This document shows positions 22,185-32,159 of a stretch of DNA of 64,000 nucleotides, piece after piece (the first letter of the stretch is position 1; each line of letters starts with the position of its first letter). This stretch comes from an uncultured archaeon (GTDB lineage Archaea; Thermoproteota; Bathyarchaeia; Bathyarchaeales; Bathycorpusculaceae), in contig CAWDBI010000013.1 in the NCBI GenBank assembly GCA_963800605.1, positions 5,841-69,840 on the forward strand, in the 5' to 3' direction. A model generated the notes under the pieces. That model was given only the letters and a program-made list of their open reading frames with translations, had not been told where the DNA came from and made no database searches. The translations under genes were made by a program, and so were the position numbers.

Positions 22185-23087
22185 CTATTCCAGCCCCAAC
22201 CGTTTACCCAACCCAACATCCCTTAAAATCCGCTTCAACTGAGCTTTAACTTTCATTTTAGGGGTAACCTTCGGATACAACGCACGGAAATCTTCAAGTC
22301 GTTCACCCCTAGCAACATAAGCTCTACTGCCGACACCTTCCCGCTCAGCCACCGCAAAATACGGAATCTTATCAGGGTTTAACCAAGCAATTTTTGCTGC
22401 CGCAACATCAAGAGCGACGGGATCCACACTTGCCATAACCAAACCCAGCTTCCGCGGCTGAACACCTGCAGCAATGTTACTGTCGATTAGGCAGAGGTCA
22501 AAGGGCATAACTTTGTTTAAAGCAACAATAACGTTTCCCAAGTCAGGGTGGTACTTGAATTTCTTTGAATATGGATTACACCCGAAGATGTTTTTGAGGG
22601 CACAGGTGAGTTTGATAGGATTTACGGTATATTTTATGTGTGCTATGTTGATTCTGAGGTCAGCGTCAGATATGATTTTGGGAACAAGAAAGTTGTAGCT
22701 ACCGCCGTTGCAGGAGACCTCTGTGTTGCTGCTTTGGTCCTCTGAGAGGTTAACAAGTCGCACACCTTTTTCTTTTGCAAGTTTTTCGTAACCGAGCATG
22801 GTGAAGGCGTATTTGCAGCGCATTGCGGAAGCGTCGGATTCGATTATAGCTATATCTACGTCCGGGCTGGTTTGTTGGCGAATCAAATCGATTAATTCTG
22901 AGACAAACTGGGGCGTGGTAGTTTGACCTGTGGTGCAGTCCCAGTAATAGCACAAGTTCGGTTTAATGACAATTTTGCGAACGCTTTTATCAAAATGGTA
23001 ATTAATCAAGTTCAACGATTCACCAATCGCCTGCTTAAAGGGGCTCTCTATGTCGGAGAGGATTTTTACTAAACTAACAAGACTCAT
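22185..23087 (-). CDS. DUF362 domain protein
   Basis: IVIKPNLC, IIESDA, LTCALKNIFGC, ASVDPVALD. Confidence 0.85.
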   Translation of the reverse strand: MSLVSLVKILSDIESPFKQAIGESLNLINYHFDKSVRKIVIKPNLCYYWDCTTGQTTTPQFVSELIDLIRQQTSPDVDIAIIESDASAMRCKYAFTMLGYEKLAKEKGVRLVNLSEDQSSNTEVSCNGGSYNFLVPKIISDADLRINIAHIKYTVNPIKLTCALKNIFGCNPYSKKFKYHPDLGNVIVALNKVMPFDLCLIDSNIAAGVQPRKLGLVMASVDPVALDVAAAKIAWLNPDKIPYFAVAEREGVGSRAYVARGERLEDFRALYPKVTPKMKVKAQLKRILRDVGLGKRLGLE

Positions 23088-23116
23088 TACATTAAAGCTC
23101 CATTAAATTTTGGAAG

Positions 23117-24766
23117 TTAAACGCTGACTGGGCTAGCAAATGCAGAATCAAATGTTGCTTTAAAACTTCCCAGAAACTGCCTAGTTCTCTTAAAACTATC
23201 TATTCGCCTTAAGGCTGACATAAGGCTTTCGGCTTGCCCATTAAGCATATCAGTCTTTGACAGGTACCTTGAATAAACGCTGATTAGGCGGCTGTAAGAA
23301 TGCTCTGGCAACTCGTCGCCCATCATCTGTGCGGTCATAAACTCCCAGTAAGCATCCACATAATCGACGGTTTCATCCACAGCTTTCGGGATATGGATTT
23401 TATGCTGCGAGGGCAGAGACTGTAAGACACCGTTAAGGTAGTTGTTCCATCCAGGCGAGCAATGCTCATTTTCAACGTTTTCTTTAACTAATCTAGCTTT
23501 TTCCTGCGTTAACTGTGAGTTATCAATTGTTTCTTCAAGCGCCCTTGTGAAGCCGCCGATTGTTGACTGATGCACTTTTAGCTTATCAAAGCCCACATCA
23601 TCCTTAATGCTCAAGTGTGGTAACTGGTCTAGATGCAACCCGACGATTGGCAGTTTATGCATTGCCGCTTCAAGCAGGGCCGTTCCGCTCCCACATGGAA
23701 AACTCGGCACATACACATCCGCTGCAGTATATAGTTTTTCTAATTGGTCACGGTCAACTGTACCTAGCGCCCGGATTTTGCCTCCAAGTGCATCTGAAGC
23801 ATGCCGCCATCTACTGCTATTTTGAGGTCCAGCCGCAACTAACCGAACGTTTGAACGGTTTTTCAAGAAACCAGCCATTGTAGCAAGATAGTCATAGTTT
23901 TCGTATGGATAATATTTCTCTTCCCGTCCAACCGTTAGCATGATAGAATCGTTTTGGTTGAAACCCAAATCTGCCCTTATCCTGTCTCGTTGGTGCTGTA
24001 ACATGTTTTTTGTTAAAGGGATGGGAAGAATTTTAGAGGGCAATGTGCCCCTCCGTTTCTGGCATATTTCGCTTGCTGCAGAATGGTAATCGACGACTAC
24101 GTCAGCTATGCTTGTACCCAACCAGAAAGCCTGGTCGGCATGGTTACAGTAAACAACGGGGGGACCGCCTGGAACTCCAAAGGCCACCGTGGGAATAGGG
24201 TCAAAAGGGTGAACGAGGAGCACAACGAGATCTGCCCAGTCCTGTGCCAGCAAACGCAGCAGGAGCGCCTGCTCAACAAGATCAGGTGAAAGTTCAGTTA
24301 GAGAAATATGCCAGCCGCCTGACGAATCCACCGCATCCCTTAAAATCGATGTAATTTCCCCATTTTGAGCAGTCGCGATTACACTATGCACGGAAGTGCC
24401 AACCGTGTTTTGTACCCATCTAGCCACGAAAGGAGAATGCCCGCCTGTTGCGTAGCTTTCGGTGATAACGTGAAGAAAACGCATTTTTCCATCATTTTTA
24501 GGTTTATTCTTTGGGAAAAATGCGCCGCTGACTTCAGGGGTCTGCTGCTTTATTTTTTGGGCAACCTCAATCAAGGTTTTCTCCAAGGTGGGGCTCATGT
24601 AGATTCCAGGGTGACGCACAAAAGCGAAGTGAGCAGCGATTTTGCACCATGTTATGACTGAAGTTAAGTCATTTTTCCGCAGGGCACGGTCGGCTTTTTT
24701 GGTGGCTTTATCGAATAGTTGTTTGTTTAGGGTTATTCGACGATTGTTATGATCCAACAGTGTCAC
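23117..24766 (-). CDS. GT-B (family 4-like) glycosyltransferase
   Basis: TGGHS, NHADQAFWLG, ADVYVPSFPCGSGTALLEAAMHKLP. Confidence 0.75.
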   Translation of the reverse strand: MTLLDHNNRRITLNKQLFDKATKKADRALRKNDLTSVITWCKIAAHFAFVRHPGIYMSPTLEKTLIEVAQKIKQQTPEVSGAFFPKNKPKNDGKMRFLHVITESYATGGHSPFVARWVQNTVGTSVHSVIATAQNGEITSILRDAVDSSGGWHISLTELSPDLVEQALLLRLLAQDWADLVVLLVHPFDPIPTVAFGVPGGPPVVYCNHADQAFWLGTSIADVVVDYHSAASEICQKRRGTLPSKILPIPLTKNMLQHQRDRIRADLGFNQNDSIMLTVGREEKYYPYENYDYLATMAGFLKNRSNVRLVAAGPQNSSRWRHASDALGGKIRALGTVDRDQLEKLYTAADVYVPSFPCGSGTALLEAAMHKLPIVGLHLDQLPHLSIKDDVGFDKLKVHQSTIGGFTRALEETIDNSQLTQEKARLVKENVENEHCSPGWNNYLNGVLQSLPSQHKIHIPKAVDETVDYVDAYWEFMTAQMMGDELPEHSYSRLISVYSRYLSKTDMLNGQAESLMSALRRIDSFKRTRQFLGSFKATFDSAFASPVSV

Positions 24767-24794
24767 CTCATGGAACGTTAAAGTGTAAAGCAGT

Positions 24795-25772
24795 TTAGAG
24801 AACTATTTGGTAGGAGTCATACATGACAGCGCTGGCGGCGAAGTCCTCTTTTCGCTTAATTAAGCCCAAGTTTAGGATTTGCCCACGTTTTTCGGTGGAG
24901 ATTCCAAAATCAAAGTATCTTTTGTCCTTATAGTATTCGTTAATCAGATAGTCTTCGATTATGTCTTGTGCACCTAGCATCCACCCTTCCTTTGAGTTTG
25001 AGGCATACTGCATATGAGCAACATTTTTGTTCTCATACATTATAATACCTGCAAGCATTACGTCATCTTTGAATGAACCAAACAATTTAATGTTAGCCGG
25101 AAACCTTCCCGCTAAAAGCTTCATCTCCTCTGCTGTATGCACTGGTTTTACAGCATGGCGCTCAACTAAAGTATCTTCCTCAATTCTCATGAAGGTCTCA
25201 AAATCTAAGCTTTCTTTTACCTGCAAATTATTTCGCTTAGCTTTTCGGATGTTATCCCTGCGGCTATGGTCAAACTTTTTTGCTCCAGAAAGGGAGATAC
25301 ATGAGGAAACATTTCTGGCTACCAATTTAGCGTTATAGACAAACAATGCATAGAGGTCCTCATCTGCAGGAACCGTCTGGTAAATATAGGGTATAGGTTT
25401 ATACACAATTTCCTTTATGCCTTGTGCTCGACAGTGTTCGATGAGCTTTTGAAACAAGTTTAACATTAAGGGAGTCTTCATTGTGTAATCTGAAATAAAT
25501 GCACCAAATGTTAGGCCACTATGACTGTACAAGTTGTCGCTTGAAATGTTAGCGGGCAACAGAGCAACTAAGCGCCCTTTATTGAAGAATAGCAGTGAGT
25601 GGTCTGTGAAGCGGTCTGAATGGTACTCCATGTAATCGCGGTAGAATAGAAATAGGCTGTTCTTAGCGTTGGAAACAAAATTATCCCATGTTGACTTGAA
25701 TTCAGGTTTGTAAAGACAAAAACTAAGAGTATCATGGTTTTGGCTTCGAATAGGGTACTCTTGTGAAGTCAT
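24795..25772 (-). CDS. GNAT/FemAB-like acyltransferase of sugar clusters
   Basis: WDNFVSNAKNSLFLFYRDYMEYHSDRF, SHSGLTFG, YFDFGISTE. Confidence 0.8.
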   Translation of the reverse strand: MTSQEYPIRSQNHDTLSFCLYKPEFKSTWDNFVSNAKNSLFLFYRDYMEYHSDRFTDHSLLFFNKGRLVALLPANISSDNLYSHSGLTFGAFISDYTMKTPLMLNLFQKLIEHCRAQGIKEIVYKPIPYIYQTVPADEDLYALFVYNAKLVARNVSSCISLSGAKKFDHSRRDNIRKAKRNNLQVKESLDFETFMRIEEDTLVERHAVKPVHTAEEMKLLAGRFPANIKLFGSFKDDVMLAGIIMYENKNVAHMQYASNSKEGWMLGAQDIIEDYLINEYYKDKRYFDFGISTEKRGQILNLGLIKRKEDFAASAVMYDSYQIVL

Positions 25773-26458
25773 ATTTTTTCTACTCCTAAAATATAGTTTT
25801 CAACACCTTTGTTTGGTAACGGTTTTGCCGGATTACCAACGTAAATTCTACCTTCAGTGGTGTCTTGAACTACAACCGCACCTGCCCCAACAATACAATC
25901 CCGGGCAACTTTGATACAATCCACAGTGCAACTATTAACGCCCAGAAAACAGTTCTCGCCAACTTCGCAGAAACCGGAAACTGCAACATGAGAAGCCACA
26001 AAAACATTATTCTTAACAGTGGATTGATGAGCGATTGAGCTTCCGCTCCAAATGATCACGTTGTCGCCTATTTTGGTGCTGCGTTGGATAGTTACGTTTT
26101 CTAATATGAAGCAGTTTTCTCCGATTTCCACATCAGGGTTAATGGTTGCTTGTGGGCTAATGTATGAACTGAAACGGTATCCTTTGGCTTTGGCCCGATT
26201 GAAAAGTCGACTCCGCAGTCGGTTAAATTGGGTATAGGATACTGCAACAAAAGCTGTTACTTTTTGTGGATCAAATATTTGCTCGAGTTCTTCAAATGCA
26301 ACTACAGGCAACCCTAGCAGAGTCTTGTTCCTCATGAAGGCTTGCTCGGCGCTAAAACCAACTACCGTATACTTGTTATCGCGTACGAAGTAGTCATGTG
26401 CCAATTCAGCTGTTTCGCCGTCACCGATAATTACCAGTTCCGGCTTATCGGAAGCCAT
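25769..26458 (-). CDS. NeuD/PglD-type hexapeptide sugar acetyltransferase
   Basis: IIGDGETA, hexapeptide repeats, VGAGAVV, YVGNPAK. Probable start MASDK at 26458. Confidence 0.85.
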   Translation of the reverse strand: MASDKPELVIIGDGETAELAHDYFVRDNKYTVVGFSAEQAFMRNKTLLGLPVVAFEELEQIFDPQKVTAFVAVSYTQFNRLRSRLFNRAKAKGYRFSSYISPQATINPDVEIGENCFILENVTIQRSTKIGDNVIIWSGSSIAHQSTVKNNVFVASHVAVSGFCEVGENCFLGVNSCTVDCIKVARDCIVGAGAVVVQDTTEGRIYVGNPAKPLPNKGVENYILGVEKI

Positions 26459-26885
26459 TTCCAACCCACGTTTTAAAGGAATCATAGTTTCTAATGTAAT
26501 CTGATTCATCATATACTTCAGAGACAAGTGAAAGCGCAACAGAATTTGAGGAAAAATTTTCGAGTTCCCTCCACACTTTTGGGGGAATATAGAGTCCATA
26601 GTGGGGTCTATTGAGGAAAAACTTGCGTCTTTGTAAGCCGTCGTCTAGGATTATGTCGAAGCTGCCGCTTAGGGCGATGACAAGTTGTTGCAGGTTTTTG
26701 TGGGCGTGTCCACCGCGTATTGCACCGCTTGGTACATCATAGAGGTAATAGACACGTTTGATTTGAAATGGTATTTGCCGGTTCTCCTCTATGAAGGAGA
26801 GGTTTCCTCTATAATCGGTTACTTTTGGAAAATTGACTATTTTACAATTATCCAAAACATTACATTCTGGAGCTAACAAAAACAT
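26445..26885 (-). CDS. fdtA: FdtA/QdtA (WxcM-like) dTDP-4-keto-6-deoxyglucose 3,4-ketoisomerase
   Basis: DYRGNLSFIE, IKRVYYLYDVP, RGGHAHK, SGSF, WRELENFS, YDESDYIRNY. Confidence 0.88.
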   Translation of the reverse strand: MFLLAPECNVLDNCKIVNFPKVTDYRGNLSFIEENRQIPFQIKRVYYLYDVPSGAIRGGHAHKNLQQLVIALSGSFDIILDDGLQRRKFFLNRPHYGLYIPPKVWRELENFSSNSVALSLVSEVYDESDYIRNYDSFKTWVGNGFR

Positions 26886-27109
26886 CCTTCCATTACATAA
26901 AAAAAATACAAGTTACTGGTGCTTTTCTAGAGGAATTGATAACTAATTTTAATAGCAAGAAACAAACTCCAAAAAAGAAAAAGCATAGTATTTATCGTAA
27001 AAAAAGGAATGCCCGAGATATTATTAAATAAATAACTGATCATTAAACAAAACTCAGACTTGCTGTCGTTAGTGCTTGTTCAATACAAACGCCAAACTTT
27101 TTTAGACTA

Positions 27110-28177
27110 TTATATTAAAAACTTTTTCTCATATTCATTGATAGCAGATACCAACAATTCATTATTCCGTCTTAATGGAACTATGTAGAATGCTGGGGGT
27201 AGTTTGACTCTAACAAACATTTCCTTCAAGGTTTCCGGCGAAATTTTTGATTTGCTCCAGTGATTGAGTCTGTTCTGCCAGAGATAACGGAAATTTCGAA
27301 TGCTCCAAGTCAATGCATAGAAGTTTCCTTGGACAGCGGCTACGTTTTTGTTTCCTAAACAAAAAATTGAGTCAAAGCACATATGAATGATGTGAACCAG
27401 AATAGCTTTTGCTAATTCGGTTTTACTATAGTAGATATCAAAGAGTAAGAATACCTTTGATTTTGTAAGGTGAAAGGTTGTGGATTTGATCGTCCAGCTG
27501 TTTGTAGCTCCGCCTAAATGTTGAATTCTTGAAGCTGGAACGGTTACTACCCTTTTTTGTTGAAATCTTGTTTTCAGTGAGAGCAAGGTGTCGTCATAAA
27601 AAAATGGGATTCTATCATCAAACAGGCCCATCTTTTGAGCGATTTCTCGCCTGACTATCATGGATGCTCCAGAAGCAAAAGATATTTCAAAAGTAGAATG
27701 AAAGGGGATATCAGAGGACTTGTTTGCACATAGTGGAAACTTTTGTATCAAAAAGTCGCTGAAAATCCAGCCGGCATTTTGGATTGTTTTGCCATCCATG
27801 TTTAGGATCAGGCTTTGCGCCAAACCAATGGTTAAGTCATTCTCTAAGGCAGCAACCAAGATGGCGAGCCAGTCGGGGGCTACGGTTGTGTCGTTGTTTA
27901 GAAAAACGACGTATTGACCCTTTGAGTGTTGAAAGCCGATGTTGTTGCCGCCACTGAAACCCAAGTTTTCTTTGTTTTGTATGATTCGAAGCCTTGAATC
28001 GCCACCGCAGTGGTCTTGAATTTTTTCGATGCTATCGTCGGTTGAGGCGTTATCGACCAAAATAACCTCGTAGTCTGCATAAGTGTTCTTGAGGACTGAT
28101 TCGAGACAATTCGGCAGGTAACTTTGGCCGTTAAAGTTCAATATAATAACTGAAACAAAGGGGGTGGTCTTTGACAA
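27110..28177 (-). CDS. GT2 glycosyltransferase
   Basis: VSVIILNFNG, VDNASTD, NLGFSGGNN, FLNNDT, SGASM. Confidence 0.9.
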   Translation of the reverse strand: MSKTTPFVSVIILNFNGQSYLPNCLESVLKNTYADYEVILVDNASTDDSIEKIQDHCGGDSRLRIIQNKENLGFSGGNNIGFQHSKGQYVVFLNNDTTVAPDWLAILVAALENDLTIGLAQSLILNMDGKTIQNAGWIFSDFLIQKFPLCANKSSDIPFHSTFEISFASGASMIVRREIAQKMGLFDDRIPFFYDDTLLSLKTRFQQKRVVTVPASRIQHLGGATNSWTIKSTTFHLTKSKVFLLFDIYYSKTELAKAILVHIIHMCFDSIFCLGNKNVAAVQGNFYALTWSIRNFRYLWQNRLNHWSKSKISPETLKEMFVRVKLPPAFYIVPLRRNNELLVSAINEYEKKFLI

Positions 28178-28236
28178 AAAGGTTTTAGCACTCCAAACAG
28201 CAATTAACCATTAATTAACATGAGTGAATGTTAGAT

Positions 28237-29277
28237 TCATTTTCTTTTGAACTTCGCCAAATCAACCAGAGGCGAATACTTTGAACCTATCAACTTATAG
28301 AGTACCCATTTTGCGCCAATAACATTGCCCAAAAAAATACCCTGCACCTTGCGCAGATTATACTTCTGACTCCATTGCATATACTTCAGACTATGCGCTA
28401 CACGAAGCCAATCCGATTTAAACTTACTCAGTAATGAAAGCTGGGGTTCATCATGATATAAACGGTAAAATAACAATTCAGCTTCAACAGCCCACAACAG
28501 ATCGGTACGAGGAGCCATGAAGTCTCGGCTTGACGTTCTGCCATGAACTATATGATAGACTTTAACGTTTGGATCATAAATCATCTTTAACCCGCGTTTC
28601 CAAAGTTGCCAACCCAGAACCATTTCCCAAGCGCAACCTAAAATCCACTCACTACCCAAATCGATGCTTCTTAGCACATCACCTAAAACCGCCATGGATG
28701 GACCTCTAAGTAGAGCTTTTGTGGCACCACGTTTTCTCCAGTAAGCATTGTTTCCTCTTTCATAGACCAAACCCGAGTTTGCAATGCAATTTTTATAGTC
28801 TTCAAGCCCTTTTAATGGGCGACCGAACAGGGCAAAATCGTAAGGTGTAAAAACAGTCGGAGATTCGTTTTCTTCGATGATTTGCATGCCGTGGCTGTTC
28901 ATTATAACGGGGTATGAGTCGCCAGTGACTCCTGTTACATGCTGGGTTTGGAAGATTTTTACGGTTTCTTCTAGCCAGTTGTCAGCGGGGATGGCGTCGT
29001 CGTCAAGGAATGCTACTATATCACCAGTTGCATGTCTCACGCCTAAAAAGTAGGCATCGACTATGTGGCCGGTTGTCTGTGTCACTGTTTTTATTTTCAC
29101 TCTGGTTGATGCTTGTTTGAGCAGATCTTCTGTGCCGTCGCCTGACGGTTTTACCACAACCACTAAGTCAAAGTTGTGGTAGGTTTGGCGCTCAAACGCC
29201 GAAAGCAGATGGGGAAGTATATCGACCCGCTTATACGTTGGAATAACAACGGTAACCGAGCAATCAGGCACCTTCAA
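28237..29277 (-). CDS. GT2 glycosyltransferase
   Basis: VTVVIPTYKR, AFLDDDAIP. A probable own TTG start lies near 29277, inside the predicted 498-aa ORF. Confidence 0.8.
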   Translation of the reverse strand: MKVPDCSVTVVIPTYKRVDILPHLLSAFERQTYHNFDLVVVVKPSGDGTEDLLKQASTRVKIKTVTQTTGHIVDAYFLGVRHATGDIVAFLDDDAIPADNWLEETVKIFQTQHVTGVTGDSYPVIMNSHGMQIIEENESPTVFTPYDFALFGRPLKGLEDYKNCIANSGLVYERGNNAYWRKRGATKALLRGPSMAVLGDVLRSIDLGSEWILGCAWEMVLGWQLWKRGLKMIYDPNVKVYHIVHGRTSSRDFMAPRTDLLWAVEAELLFYRLYHDEPQLSLLSKFKSDWLRVAHSLKYMQWSQKYNLRKVQGIFLGNVIGAKWVLYKLIGSKYSPLVDLAKFKRK

Positions 29278-30011
29278 GCAATTTTTTACTTGATGCAATT
29301 CGTTGGTCCTCCGGTTTTTTACGTAACGATCTTCGCCGTTTAACCACTTGACTAAATCAAGGTATTTCTCGTATCTTCGGTTACGGGTTGAATCAAAAAC
29401 ATGAAGTTCTTTCTCGTAGTCTTCAATGAAAACAGTGCAGTTAGAATAAGGTTTAGGCTTAGAAGATAAGAAAACTTTATGAGAATACGGCAACTTCTCG
29501 AATCTTTCAAAGTGCTCCTCCCGAAATTCTTCGCCATCCGAGAATAAAACAAAGAGGTTGTCTCGGTTGAAGCGTTTAATTCGTCTAAACCATTTCTCTG
29601 TGGCCTCAGCTTCAGTCTTGTAATGCATAAAATGAATTTCTATGTCTCCGAGTAAGCCGATGGGATATCTGCGTTTGGTCATTTCGTAGTGTTTTTGTGC
29701 CATTTTATGGCTGGTTTCTTTTTTGAACGTCAAAGGTTGTTTTAGATACCAATCAATGTTTTCAAGAAATTTGAGGTAGTCGTCAGGGTAAATGTAGGTC
29801 CAAATTGTGGGGGTGTTGTAGGGTAACCAAATTTGTGGTACATTCCGCCGGCGAAGCAGTTATTGCCAATGATTGAGAACTCTTTGTTTTTGAGTTTTCT
29901 GCGAGCTATTGTTGAGAAATACTTGTCTATGATATTCCATTTTATTGTGGATTCGATCTTATCATGGTTGAGTGCTTTGAGGAGCGCTTGGATGGTCAAT
30001 GAAGGGTTCAC
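29263..30011 (-). CDS. DUF1919 family polysaccharide-biosynthesis protein (frameshifted)
   Basis: LKNKEFSIIGNNCFAGGMY, YPIGLLGDIEIHFMHYKTEAEATEKWFRR, FEKLPY. Confidence 0.8.
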
Positions 30012-30037
30012 CTGCGGGCAGTATTGTTTCTTTAGAG

Positions 30038-32140
30038 CTATGGGACAAATCGGACTTCACTGCCACCGTTTGAATAAACAACACTAGTTTGGTTAACTAA
30101 CAGTGGGATTGATCCGTTTGTCGACAATCTTTCATAGGTAATTGTGATGTAACTCAAAAACACAAATTCACCCGAATGAAGAGGATTCATACTTGAAAGT
30201 TCCGTAACGTATCCACGATATATCAACCCGTAGGCAGGTACTGCAGTGTATAGCGCATTGTCTGCTGCAAGATTATATTCATAAGGAGTATATTTCGCAA
30301 TCCATTGCACGCCGGAAACGCTGAAGGGCTCCAAAGCTCCATAGAAACCATACAGTTGTACGGGGCTCATTCGGTAGCCGCTAAGCGGTACAGACCAGCT
30401 CTCTGTTCCGGCAACTTCATAGACAAAGTTTGTTTGGAATAAAAAGTACGGAACCAGTACAACAATCGTGAGCACTATAAACATTAGTTCTTTTTTGCGT
30501 TTGAAGAGAAATCCTGAAATCAGCCATATACCGATTGCGCAGAATGGCGCCAGAATCATTAGCAATATGTGATAGAAACGCGTCATAGATAGGGCGTTGG
30601 CGAGTCCTGGAACAAGTGTTAGCATTATCAGAAGAATGACAGTTAAGACGCTAAAGACTATGTAGTCACGTTCGAATTTAAAGGGAAGCTTTTTCCTAAA
30701 TAAAGCGATGACTCCGATGACAATGAATATCTCGGTTAGGTATGCGAATCCACGGCTTATTGTATTCAAAAATGATGGCGACTCGGTGAGTCCTAAACCT
30801 GCAAGAACGGTTGCTCCTCTTGAGGCTGGGTTGAAGAATTCGCCTAATTGTGCTGAAATGTAGCCAATGAACGACATGAAGCTTTCAAAGACAACAGCAC
30901 CTGAAGTAAAAATATACCAGACGAACATGACAACAAAAAAGAAGATAATCAGGCTTAACTGCAAATTGAAGCTGGGCCGTTTCAAATATAATGTTGATGC
31001 TGCCCAAGCGGCGAAGATAAGGAATAGAAAGATTTCTGCAAGGGCGTAATGGCTGAATACTAAGCCGAAGCTTAAGACTGCGAAGGTTATGAATTTGCCT
31101 TCTCGCTTAATGTTTTTGTTGAGAAGCGTCAACAAGAGAAGAACAAAGAATAATTCGCCTATCATTTGGCGGTTTAGCGCAAGCATTTCTGTGAAGAATG
31201 TGGATTGTGCCATGAATACGAAGGCCGCGATGAAACTTAGTTTCTTGCCAATGTAGGGTTGCCAAAGCAAATACAAACCCACGGGAACTAACGCAAAAAT
31301 CAGTGGATAAATTATTTTGAATACCCAAGTCGCATCGATGCCAAGCATGTTCGAGTAAACGGTGGGTAGGATAGTAATACTTAGCATTGCATTGTATCTA
31401 CCGTAGCCCTCATCTGAAGGAAAAGCAAAAACGGGATTCCAATGTGCGTTTAATTGGGCATTCTGGAACACAAACATTTCAACTGGGGAGTCACCGCCGT
31501 AGGGAAGAATATAGTTGGATACCAATGAAACATGCATTAGCAGTGCAATGGCTATCATGAGGATAGCGAAGGCATAACTTTTTGTTGATTTCTCATATGC
31601 GATACCTACGGTGAATAAGCCAGCAATCCCCAAAATCATAACTAAAAGAATCATGTTATTGCCGGTGGCATCGACAAAGTATGCGCCGATGATGCTTAAG
31701 ACTGGAATGAGCGCAAAGAGCAGCATTGAGCGACTGAACTTGATGTTTTTTGCTGGTGGCGATATTTTTCGGCGGGCTTGTCTTAGGTATGCTGCAGCGG
31801 CGCCGACGATAATGAGGGTATTTATGAATAGTGAGAGGGGCAGGGTAGCGAGTGGGAAAGTTATCCCTGCGAGGTATCCGAATTGGTTTATAACTAACCC
31901 TGCAAGCATCAAAAAGGCGACGCTAAAGCCTGCTGAGTAGAGGATTGATTCTACTGTGTTTAGGTTGTCGAGTTTTAAGATTTTAATTAGTATGAAGCCG
32001 GGAATAAAAGTTAGGTATGCGATGCCTATTGCTGCTCGGGCAAGTGGAAAATCCAGAAAAAGCGTCACATACATTATGACTTGTAGAGCTACCACTATGG
32101 GTAGGAAATGCTGGGAGATATATTGCTGATTAATATTCAT
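30038..32140 (-). CDS. DUF2206 family polytopic membrane protein
   Basis: YLTFIPG, GGDSPVE, YNAMLSITILP, RQMIGELF, FSHYA, RFYHILL, YSNGGSEV. Confidence 0.8.
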   Translation of the reverse strand: MNINQQYISQHFLPIVVALQVIMYVTLFLDFPLARAAIGIAYLTFIPGFILIKILKLDNLNTVESILYSAGFSVAFLMLAGLVINQFGYLAGITFPLATLPLSLFINTLIIVGAAAAYLRQARRKISPPAKNIKFSRSMLLFALIPVLSIIGAYFVDATGNNMILLVMILGIAGLFTVGIAYEKSTKSYAFAILMIAIALLMHVSLVSNYILPYGGDSPVEMFVFQNAQLNAHWNPVFAFPSDEGYGRYNAMLSITILPTVYSNMLGIDATWVFKIIYPLIFALVPVGLYLLWQPYIGKKLSFIAAFVFMAQSTFFTEMLALNRQMIGELFFVLLLLTLLNKNIKREGKFITFAVLSFGLVFSHYALAEIFLFLIFAAWAASTLYLKRPSFNLQLSLIIFFFVVMFVWYIFTSGAVVFESFMSFIGYISAQLGEFFNPASRGATVLAGLGLTESPSFLNTISRGFAYLTEIFIVIGVIALFRKKLPFKFERDYIVFSVLTVILLIMLTLVPGLANALSMTRFYHILLMILAPFCAIGIWLISGFLFKRKKELMFIVLTIVVLVPYFLFQTNFVYEVAGTESWSVPLSGYRMSPVQLYGFYGALEPFSVSGVQWIAKYTPYEYNLAADNALYTAVPAYGLIYRGYVTELSSMNPLHSGEFVFLSYITITYERLSTNGSIPLLVNQTSVVYSNGGSEVRFVP

Positions 32141-32159
32141 CGATTCTTCGCCAACAAAA

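Noticed and set aside
28237-29733. Apparent DUF1919-GT2 fusion (498 aa)
   Set aside because: Adding one base to the homopolymer near 29315-29320 ends DUF1919 at ...KKLLEGA*, overlapping a TTG start for the GT2. This is the normal operon pattern here.
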